From assembly GCA_019057475.1 (NCBI GenBank), contig DXJO01000035.1, forward strand, positions 1-14,942: a stretch of 14,942 nucleotides of DNA, given 5' to 3'. The stretch comes from Candidatus Thorarchaeota archaeon (GTDB lineage Archaea > Asgardarchaeota > Thorarchaeia > Thorarchaeales > Thorarchaeaceae). Position numbers and translations under genes: made by a program. A model generated the notes under the pieces. That model saw nothing but the letters and a program-made list of their open reading frames with translations, ran no database searches and was not told the DNA's origin. The number at the start of each line of letters is the position of its first letter. The stretch's first letter is position 1. This document shows, one piece after another, positions 1 through 6,444 of this stretch.

Positions 1-101
1 GTTCCTGATTCATTGAGGTCCGCTCTGCAGATCCTGCTGAATCTGCGACTAGTTTCACGTCCTCTCCACAGGCGTTTTCTGTTTCCGTCCAACTGGCGGC
101 G
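1..101 (-). ncRNA. IS607/IS605 TnpB omegaRNA (right-end RNA)-like structured element, copy 1; 3' end and guide cut off by the window edge; no tnpB upstream
   Basis: Minus strand reads CCGCCAGTTGGACGG...AAAACGCCTGTGGAGAGGACGT...GCAGATTC-AGCA-GGATCTGC...ACCTCAATGAATCAGGAAC. It is collinear with 14792-14891 (17/19, 24/28 and 15/21 identities in three blocks). The GCCTGTGGAG...GAA(G/T)CAGGAA pattern is typical of tnpB 3'-end RNAs (recalled). Confidence 0.7.
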
Positions 102-166
102 ACCAAATTACATGGAGGCTCTAGCAATCAGCATTGAACATCCACACCACTCAATCCTGAGCATAT

Positions 167-174
167 GTTATAAC
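167..174. promoter_or_regulatory. Palindromic TATA-like box GTTATAAC; could drive the copy-1 RNA (minus, start about 143) and/or lipS1 (plus)
   Basis: TTATAA core in the divergent intergenic region; archaeal TATA-to-start spacing is about 24 nt. Confidence 0.4.
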
Positions 175-284
175 CACCTACAAAATGTCTAAGATTGTAC
201 AAGTTCTTGGCAGCTGTTGCTTGCCCTTAGGCCCCATCATAATCCTAATAGCGGGTGCCTTGCAGTCTGACTAGAGGTTGAACA

Positions 285-1307
285 TTGGTCTTCGAAATAC
301 TCTCCGATGGTCGTAAGGTGATGGGCGCATCAGATGAGGAATTAGAAGGCTGGATGAACGATGCATTCGAAAGACGTCTTCGTCGCTTTGGAAGAAGCCT
401 GTTCTGTTACAGTCCTACAGCCTATCCTTACAGAATACCAGACCATACGCAATCGAGTCCCCACAACTTCGTATCTCTCAGCGTGACTGGAACCGCATGT
501 TCCCTAAATTGTGAGCACTGCGATGGAACGCTGCTGACAGGAATGGAACCCACACTCACACCGGAGAATCTCTTCAAGAGATGTACGGATGTGAAGACTA
601 GAGGGGGTGAGGGAGTTCTCATCAGTGGCGGCTCGGATTCCAAAGGGCATGTGCCTCTTGACAGGTTTGCAGAAGCGATTGGCCGAGTCAAGTCCGAGCT
701 TGGCCTTAAGGTAGTAGTTCACACTGGTCTGGTCAGTCCCAAGACAGCTGAACTCCTAGGAACCGCAGGCATTGACGCAGCCATGCTAGATGTAATTGGG
801 GACGCTGATCTTGCAGAACGTGTGTATCATCTTAAGGACGGCCCCCGACAAATGGAACGGTCCCTTGAGATTCTGAATGGATATGGAATACCAACGGTTC
901 CACATGTGCTGGTCGGATTGAACTATGGCAAGCTAGCCGGCGAGATTAAAGCACTGGATATGATTGCTCAGAATTCACCTGCTGCAGTAGTGTTCATCGT
1001 CCTCTTTCCAGTCCGAAATACGCCAATGGAGCACATTACTCCACCAACCCCCCGACAAGTCGGGAAAGTGATGACAGTTGCTCGCCTTGGAATGGAAAAC
1101 ACGCCCGTGTTACTGGGTTGCGCTCGCCCCAAAGGCAAACACAAAATCCAATCAGATCTGTACGCAATTCGCAGTGGCGCTAACGGAGTAGCTCTCATAA
1201 GTCAGGAGGGAGTGGAGGCTGCACGTGCAGCTGGTCTTGAGCCAATCTTTGCGGATGTCTGCTGCAGTCTCGCGTACCAACATGTAACTACTGCCGTTGC
1301 CGAGTGA
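285..1307 (+). CDS. lipS1: Radical SAM protein, biotin-synthase-related; probable archaeal lipoyl synthase subunit LipS1
   Basis: CxxxCxxC (CSLNCEHC) and LISGG, plus the LipS1-type auxiliary motifs GC(M/A)R (LLGCARP) and C-terminal CC (DVCCS). TTG start preceded by GAGG. Confidence 0.8.
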   Translation: MVFEILSDGRKVMGASDEELEGWMNDAFERRLRRFGRSLFCYSPTAYPYRIPDHTQSSPHNFVSLSVTGTACSLNCEHCDGTLLTGMEPTLTPENLFKRCTDVKTRGGEGVLISGGSDSKGHVPLDRFAEAIGRVKSELGLKVVVHTGLVSPKTAELLGTAGIDAAMLDVIGDADLAERVYHLKDGPRQMERSLEILNGYGIPTVPHVLVGLNYGKLAGEIKALDMIAQNSPAAVVFIVLFPVRNTPMEHITPPTPRQVGKVMTVARLGMENTPVLLGCARPKGKHKIQSDLYAIRSGANGVALISQEGVEAARAAGLEPIFADVCCSLAYQHVTTAVAE

Positions 1308-1833
1308 CCCACCCAGCTAGCTCATACCCAAGGTCGAACATCCACAGTCCCACTGCAGATGCCAGAAACTGTGGCCACGGTATTGTAAGAAGCAGAACAG
1401 ATAGTTTGAGAGTTAATCGATAGCGGAAGAACTTGAATACTCTCGGGGAAATCTCTTCATCCGTCCAATCAATACCTTTCTCATCAAGCACAGATGCGAG
1501 GAAGAGCATGAGGAGGAGGGCTGACCAATTAAGCCAGTCAGTGACCGCAGGAACACCTCTCACCAGCATTATGAGTGCAATAAAGAAAAATCCAACTGCA
1601 AACTGCGGCCTGTTTACCTTTCCTGAGAGAAGCACACTAACTACTATGGCAGCAAGCAGAACCAAGTCCCACTCCGTTTGCGTCATGAGGTATCCAAATA
1701 GAATGCCAGACACCGCGAGAGGTAACCAGGCGAATGTGGACCGCTCCATCTCGTCAAGAAGATCATCACCTAGTTTGAGTGTGAAACCCGCACACAGGTA
1801 CGCAAGAAAATAAAACGCCCACTCAAACATCAC
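1288..1833 (-). CDS. Conserved-looking archaeal multi-pass membrane protein with two acidic motifs (KLGDDLLDE, ASVLDEKG)
   Basis: 181 aa with about 5-6 hydrophobic segments; convergent 20-nt overlap with the radical SAM gene; start is GTG 1833 or ATG 1830. Confidence 0.75.
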   Translation of the reverse strand: MMFEWAFYFLAYLCAGFTLKLGDDLLDEMERSTFAWLPLAVSGILFGYLMTQTEWDLVLLAAIVVSVLLSGKVNRPQFAVGFFFIALIMLVRGVPAVTDWLNWSALLLMLFLASVLDEKGIDWTDEEISPRVFKFFRYRLTLKLSVLLLTIPWPQFLASAVGLWMFDLGYELAGWVTRQRQ

Positions 1834-1848
1834 AATCCCTGTCCAGCC

Positions 1849-1874
1849 AGCTTATCGTCATGTTCTCAGAAGCC
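1849..1874 (-). promoter_or_regulatory. K-loop (D'/C'-type L7Ae binding motif) in the leader of the 181-aa membrane gene, just 3' of the C/D sRNA
   Basis: Minus strand GGCTT-CTGA-GAAC-ATGACGA-T-AAGCT: box D' and box C' closed by a GGCUU/AAGCU stem. Confidence 0.45.
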
Positions 1875-1884
1875 ACTTCGAGGT

Positions 1885-1957
1885 GGCTCCTCAGTCTAAC
1901 TATGATTCGTCTCTGGGCATTTCTGCTCTCAGTTAGCCAATTTCCATCATCGGAGCC
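1885..1957 (-). ncRNA. Box C/D guide sRNA with two guides, predicted to target LSU (23S) rRNA H69 and H70-71
   Basis: Minus strand: GGCTCC stem, G, C box ATGATGG, guide AAATTGGCTAA, D' CTGA, GCA-GAAA-TGC hairpin, C' GAGACGA, guide ATCATAGTTAGA, D CTGA, GGAGCC stem. The guides are complementary to UAGCCAA(UUU) and UAACUAUGA. A TATA-like TTTATC lies about 24 nt upstream. Confidence 0.85.
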
Positions 1958-1980
1958 TTGTTAGCATCCGACGGGATTCT

Positions 1981-1987
1981 GATAAAG
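1981..1987 (-). promoter_or_regulatory. TATA-like box (CTTTATC) for the C/D sRNA
   Basis: Sits about 24 nt upstream of the first base of the sRNA terminal stem (1957). Confidence 0.5.
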
Positions 1988-1999
1988 TTAGTGTGAGGG

Positions 2000-2284
2000 C
2001 TACAGAAGTTCCAGAGGTGTACCAATGGCCTGTCCTGGCAGATTCGTGCGGAACTTGGCACGTACGGCACCACTGTTGCCATGCACATTCAAGACCTTAC
2101 CTAGAAACTCCTTTCCTGTAGGTGAAATCCACTTAGTTCTCCGACCGATGAGTGCCGCAGCTTCGGGCCTTGTCTTAATGTCATCAAACACCAGAATCAC
2201 TTGATTGGGATGCTGCAGGTGCTTGCCTCTCCGGTAGCTTACGACAACACCTTTTCGGCCTTTCAGAACATCTTTCTTGGACAT
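2000..2284 (-). CDS. rpl35ae: 50S ribosomal protein L35Ae (eL33)
   Basis: KGVVVSYRRGKHLQHPNQVIL...GKVLNVHGNSGAVRAKFRTNLPGQAIG is the L35Ae signature. Start taken at ATG 2284, preceded by GGGGAGGA. Confidence 0.95.
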   Translation of the reverse strand: MSKKDVLKGRKGVVVSYRRGKHLQHPNQVILVFDDIKTRPEAAALIGRRTKWISPTGKEFLGKVLNVHGNSGAVRAKFRTNLPGQAIGTPLELL

Positions 2285-2391
2285 GTAGATTCCTCCCCTA
2301 GGGGGGGGTTCGAGGTGACGCCCTAGAGACTTCATATAAGACTTACTGAATGAGCCCAGATTATCTACCTGCTGCAGATGACCTAAAACCT

Positions 2392-3009
2392 TCAGGTTAG
2401 TTCAACGCCGGATCCGACGTTTCCTGCGGTATCATCCTTCTGCGGTTCACTTGGTTCTCTGCTCAGGCTAAGGAGGACATCACGTGCTGAGTAGCCCACA
2501 GGGTTCGGTTGCTGTGCCACCTCAAATAGAACAAACCAAAGCCTGCCATCTGCATTGCGTCCAGCTACATGAAGTGCTTCCACTATGTCCCTAGCTTTGC
2601 CAACAAAGTCATCTGAATTACCAATGTCTGCGGCCATCTTTGAACGGAGTTTCACAAGGGTTCTGACCCTGAATGACATCTGCAGGCCACTCATGAGCGA
2701 GAGAGTCATTACAAAGATACCAACCCACATCGTGTATTCGATGAACGGGAACCCTGTCGTGAATTGAATTACTCCAAGAATAACCAACAGGAGTAGGGCT
2801 TCGAAGAGGAATGATTCCAGCAATGCGTTGCGGAAGTCGATCACTCGCCAGGAGTAGTATCTAGCAAGAGGGTTAGAGGGCTTCCGAAAGTGAGTAAGAT
2901 CCCGGACGTAAGCATCGCGACCCTTGCGAGCCAATGCAAGCCAAAGGAATTGAAGCGCCAACCCAATCAGGATAATCGAGTAGGTAAGCATTGTCGCTAG
3001 AGTCTGCAT
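2392..3009 (-). CDS. Hypothetical membrane protein (about 3 TM helices plus a soluble C-terminal domain)
   Basis: 205-aa ORF; TTTAAA box 24 nt upstream of the ATG suggests a leaderless mRNA. Confidence 0.75.
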   Translation of the reverse strand: MQTLATMLTYSIILIGLALQFLWLALARKGRDAYVRDLTHFRKPSNPLARYYSWRVIDFRNALLESFLFEALLLLVILGVIQFTTGFPFIEYTMWVGIFVMTLSLMSGLQMSFRVRTLVKLRSKMAADIGNSDDFVGKARDIVEALHVAGRNADGRLWFVLFEVAQQPNPVGYSARDVLLSLSREPSEPQKDDTAGNVGSGVELT

Positions 3010-3032
3010 GAGTCTTCTGCATTCCTATTTGG

Positions 3033-3040
3033 GTTTAAAC
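3033..3040. promoter_or_regulatory. Palindromic TATA box GTTTAAAC, possibly bidirectional
   Basis: 24 nt from the minus-strand ATG at 3009 and about 20-25 nt from the start of the structured block at about 3060. Confidence 0.5.
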
Positions 3041-3058
3041 ATGTTGAATGGTGACAGC

Positions 3059-3226
3059 AGACCCGAGTACTTTCGGTGGTCTCTCCCCGTGTATTCGATA
3101 CGCGCCAACAAATCACAAGCGGTCGGAAACCTGAACCGTGAAGGGCTGCACGTATGTGGTGGACTTAGTTCCAATCTGCGAGTCTGAGTCACGCCCTCCC
3201 GGCAACCGACCTAGACTCGCACAATT
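3059..3226 (+). ncRNA. Candidate structured non-coding RNA of unknown family (H/ACA-like features)
   Basis: Successive hairpins AGACC/GGTCT with CCGAG/TTCGG, CGTGTAT/ATACGCG and ATCACA/TGTGGT; K-loop CCT-GA-ACCGT-GA-AGG (3130-3144); terminal GCGAGTCT/AGACTCGC stem followed by ACA and a T-rich tract. G-U pairs favour the plus strand. Confidence 0.4.
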
Positions 3227-3276
3227 TCTTTTCTCAGGCACAGAATAACTTATCACTGAACCTCAAGGGTCTCACA

Positions 3277-4206
3277 TTGGTGACAGTCATGGAGAGGGTC
3301 AACCATATCCCTGTGAAGACTAACATGTCCGTTGATGAACTCGTGCAAGCCATGCTCAAGGCTGGGGTTCTAGGGGCTGGACGCCTTGGAAGAGCTGCAG
3401 GAATCGTCAGACGCATGTTCGAGGACTCTGAATACTTCACACTCTTGTCAATGTCAGGTCCCATGGTGCCAGGCGGACTTAGAGCACTCATTTGCCATCT
3501 TGTTGATATCGGACATATCGATGCTATTGTCACCAGCGGCGCGAACATAGTCCATGACCTTTTGGAAGCGTACGGCGGAGCACACTATCGAGTGCCAACA
3601 GAGAAGAACGACCAAGAACTGCGTGAAGCAGGGATGGGGCGCATTGCGGACCTCTTCGTGCATGAGAAAGACTTCGAAGTATTCGAGAAGCAAATCTATG
3701 GCTTTCTGGACGGTCTACCGAAAGACAAGATGACGACACTGTCCTCCAGCGAATTCCTCAAGGAGCTTGGAATGACCCTCACAGACGATAAATCAATAAT
3801 CCGACAAGCGGCAATCAAAGGTGTACCCATCTTTTCTCCTGGACTCATGGATTCCATGCTTGGTTTCCACATGTACACCTACAGCACGACCAAGGAGTTC
3901 ACAATGGACTTTGTGAAAGACCTCAGGATATTAGGCTCAATAATCAAAGAGAGTAAGAAGACCGCCGCGATAATGCTCGGCGGCGGGCTCACAAAACACT
4001 TCACGATGGGCAGTACTATTCTCAGAGGTGGATTGGACTTGGCTGTACAAATCACTCTTGACCGTCCTGAAGCGGGTAGCCTGAGCGGGGCCCCCCTAAA
4101 GGAAGGAGTGTCATGGCAAAAAGTTCAGACTGATGCAAACTACGAAACTGTGATTGGCGATGCTACCATAGTCTTTCCTCTTCTTATCCTCGGTGCGCTG
4201 TCTTGA
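3277..4206 (+). CDS. dys: Deoxyhypusine synthase
   Basis: SGPMVPGGLR, VTSGANIVHDL, RIADLF, LGGGLTKH, GSLSGAPLKEGVSWQK (catalytic Lys present) and GDATIVFPL. Start may instead be GTG 3280 or ATG 3289. Confidence 0.93.
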   Translation: MVTVMERVNHIPVKTNMSVDELVQAMLKAGVLGAGRLGRAAGIVRRMFEDSEYFTLLSMSGPMVPGGLRALICHLVDIGHIDAIVTSGANIVHDLLEAYGGAHYRVPTEKNDQELREAGMGRIADLFVHEKDFEVFEKQIYGFLDGLPKDKMTTLSSSEFLKELGMTLTDDKSIIRQAAIKGVPIFSPGLMDSMLGFHMYTYSTTKEFTMDFVKDLRILGSIIKESKKTAAIMLGGGLTKHFTMGSTILRGGLDLAVQITLDRPEAGSLSGAPLKEGVSWQKVQTDANYETVIGDATIVFPLLILGALS

Positions 4207-4227
4207 TATGATGGACACTGAGTTAGG

Positions 4228-4449
4228 TCAGAAGTCCGAACTGCGGGCAAGGACCAAGATCCCTATCACCATGATGAGGGCGCCAATGTAGAGATGCTCA
4301 AGGTGAAAACCCCCTATGACTACTGGGGTGAAATCCGGCATCCAGTGAAGCCACTCTGTGCCAGGCACGAAATCGTGGAGGTCGTCCACGAAGATTCCAA
4401 GTCCGATAACAAGCATCAACAGTCCCAAGATTTTCTTTCCATTTCCCAA
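4228..4449 (-). CDS. Small two-TM membrane protein with an Asp/His-rich loop (DDLHD...HLEHLY)
   Basis: 73-aa ORF with two clear hydrophobic helices; TTG start after GGAG; fills the gap between dys and the next gene. Confidence 0.65.
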   Translation of the reverse strand: MGNGKKILGLLMLVIGLGIFVDDLHDFVPGTEWLHWMPDFTPVVIGGFHLEHLYIGALIMVIGILVLARSSDF

Positions 4450-4521
4450 GGTTTTTCTCTCCGGTATGCGAAATGATGGTCCTCACTACATACTAGCATG
4501 AGTCGTTATGAATCATTCTTT

Positions 4522-4905
4522 TCAAAAAGAAGACAATGCATCGACCTGCTTAGATTCAGATTGGTTCGCTGCTCTAAATCTGTACCTTGTCTTCAAAACA
4601 TAGATTATCAAGTCTAGCATCATCAGGACCCACACTGCAAGTGCAGGCAGAAATACAAAGTAAACGGCAATTGAAAACAAGGTTTCTGGGGTTGGGAGTT
4701 GTATCGGCTCACCAGGTCCCGGGGGTGGCGGTGGCATGAGCATGACTGCATATATCAAACCAGCAAGCGTCCATATTGACCACAGGACCGCTAGCGAGGT
4801 GCATGTCCGTTGATTGCCTGTTCTTTGGCGTTTCCAAGCTTCCCACGCATATAATCCACCTATTCCGACGGGTAGAACAAGGAAAAGGAAGGGGTTGAGT
4901 ATCAT
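4522..4905 (-). CDS. Hypothetical three-TM membrane protein with a polyproline loop
   Basis: 127 aa; three hydrophobic segments; MPPPPPGPGEP; GAGG upstream of the ATG. Confidence 0.7.
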   Translation of the reverse strand: MILNPFLFLVLPVGIGGLYAWEAWKRQRTGNQRTCTSLAVLWSIWTLAGLIYAVMLMPPPPPGPGEPIQLPTPETLFSIAVYFVFLPALAVWVLMMLDLIIYVLKTRYRFRAANQSESKQVDALSSF

Positions 4906-4948
4906 GCTACCTCATCTTTAATAGAGGCTTCAAATCCATATAGAAACA

Positions 4949-5062
4949 TCGTTACACGTAAGGGGGCTTTGTATCTCTCACAGCACTTCCTGATTCTGGG
5001 AGCTGAAAGCCACGCCGTAACCCTTTTATTCTCTCCACAAAGTTTTCCGCTGACTCTGGCCA
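4949..5062 (-). repeat. Probable degenerate third copy of the omegaRNA-like element
   Basis: Same order of motifs as copies 1 and 2 on the plus strand: CGTTAC (4950), TTCCTGATTC (4987, identical to 2-11), CTCTCCACA (5031, identical to 62-70), GTTTTC, CTGGC. Central minus-strand hairpin AGGGTTAC/GTGGCTTT is held by G-U pairs. Confidence 0.4.
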
Positions 5063-5096
5063 CACTAGGCCATAGATATCTCTCAGGTGGAATAAG

Positions 5097-5639
5097 ATGG
5101 GAAAGAGACCCGGACAATGCTACAGAGAATGTGATCGCCCCGCATTTGTTCGCAAAAAATATATTCATCGTAGACCAGCCAGCAGAATAGTCAGCTTTGA
5201 CATGGGCAATACTGGCGGTGATTTCGAGGTAGTGCTATCGCTCGTTGGCCTAGAGAGATGTCAAATTCGACACCAGGCCCTTGAGGCGGCCAGAATAGCC
5301 TCAAATCGTTACATGGGCAAAGTGACCGGTCGAAGTAACTACCATCTTAGAATTCGTGTTAAGCCACATCATTATCTTCGAGAAAACAAGATGATTTCTG
5401 GTGCAGGAGCAGATCGTGTTCAGGACGGTATGCGAAAGGCTTGGGGCAAGGTGATAGGCAGCGCTGCAAGGGTCAAGCCCAACCAGCCACTCATTACTAT
5501 CCGCACGAACAGGAATCACATCAAGAATGCGATGAAGGCGTTGAAGAAGGCAGCACCCAAGTTACCGACTCCGTGCAAGATTCGTTTCGATGAGATTGAT
5601 CCGGAGCTGAAGCGCAAGTTGGGTTATGGTGGGCAATAG
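5097..5639 (+). CDS. rpl10e: 50S ribosomal protein L10e/uL16
   Basis: MGKRPGQCYR, ALEAARIASNRY, LRENKMISGAGADRVQDGMRKAWGK; GGTGG SD upstream. Confidence 0.97.
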   Translation: MGKRPGQCYRECDRPAFVRKKYIHRRPASRIVSFDMGNTGGDFEVVLSLVGLERCQIRHQALEAARIASNRYMGKVTGRSNYHLRIRVKPHHYLRENKMISGAGADRVQDGMRKAWGKVIGSAARVKPNQPLITIRTNRNHIKNAMKALKKAAPKLPTPCKIRFDEIDPELKRKLGYGGQ

Positions 5640-5684
5640 GTACTGGCTTAACCTGATACGATTTCTTGGAATCTCGAGTGACTG

Positions 5685-6422
5685 TCAAATACTCACACTT
5701 TTCCCCTTTTCAGTGAGTTCTCTTATCTTACGAATGGTCCCAGTGAGTGTTGCTATCTCACGTCCGGTCATGTAGGATCGCCCGAGTAGATTCCGAAACA
5801 CCTGTTTAGCGATGGGTTTCCTGAAGTCCTTGATTCTTGTTTCATCGACAAGCTCGTCAAAGAAAATGCAGACTTGATCTCTCTCTTTCCACGTGGCCGC
5901 ACGAGCATCAGTTGGCACTCGTGGTTCTTCAGGAGCATATCTCACGAAGAGCGAGTAGAGTACGACTGCCACTGCGTGGCTCAGATTCAAGCTATTGTAT
6001 GATCTGGATGCCGGAATCGTAAAGATAAGGTCGCACAAGGAAGCCTCTTCGTTTTTCAGTCCAATGGACTCCCTGCCAAACACTAGGGCCACTTGCCCAT
6101 CCCGAGATATAGGGTCGGGGAGTTCAGGGAGAGGCACCGCAGCTCTGGTCACGCTATGATTATGGCCTGTTCTTGCTGTTGCAGCCCAAGCTGCATCTAT
6201 GTCACTCAATGCTGATTCAAGGTCTGGAAAGACCTCTGCGGCCTCAAGAATATCTACAGCGTGAACCGAGAACATCTGCGCATACTGGTTTTGTTTCGGG
6301 TTAGTACCGACTATTCTCAGGTTCGATACTCCGAAATTTGCCATGACTCTGGAAACGAAGCCTACGTTTCCAGGATTCTCTGGTTCAACGAGAACAATGT
6401 GAAGGTTTGGAAATTTGGTCAA
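5685..6422 (-). CDS. trmJ: TrmJ/LasT family SPOUT tRNA (C32/U32) 2'-O-methyltransferase
   Basis: IVLVEPENPGNVGFVSRVMANFG, LVFGRESIGL, SLNLSHAVAVVLY. Confidence 0.9.
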   Translation of the reverse strand: MTKFPNLHIVLVEPENPGNVGFVSRVMANFGVSNLRIVGTNPKQNQYAQMFSVHAVDILEAAEVFPDLESALSDIDAAWAATARTGHNHSVTRAAVPLPELPDPISRDGQVALVFGRESIGLKNEEASLCDLIFTIPASRSYNSLNLSHAVAVVLYSLFVRYAPEEPRVPTDARAATWKERDQVCIFFDELVDETRIKDFRKPIAKQVFRNLLGRSYMTGREIATLTGTIRKIRELTEKGKSVSI

Positions 6423-6444
6423 AACAAGGGCTCCCTTCGGTGGC

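Noticed and set aside
100-160. Possible decayed tnpB C-terminus (WCGCSMLIAR on the minus strand) upstream of copy 1
   Set aside because: No DRDxNAAxN motif in any frame; the resemblance is too weak.
185-274. 29-aa hydrophobic ORF MSKIVQVLGSCCLPLGPIIILIAGALQSD upstream of lipS1
   Set aside because: No SD, and the nearby TATA box predicts a transcript start downstream of its ATG; cannot be supported without conservation data.
2301-2326. GGTTCGAG T-loop-like motif suggesting a tRNA
   Set aside because: No cloverleaf can be built around it.
3041-3187. 48-aa ORF (MLNGDSRPEY...) over the structured intergenic block
   Set aside because: Starts immediately at the TATA box and has no recognisable protein features; an RNA interpretation fits better.
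3050-3230. Identification of the block as SRP RNA, RNase P RNA, 5S rRNA, U3-like RNA or a group II intron remnant
   Set aside because: Only fragmentary matches (GUGCG, GUACUUUC, AGUCUGAG); the diagnostic SRP helix 8, P4 pseudoknot and domain 5 are absent.
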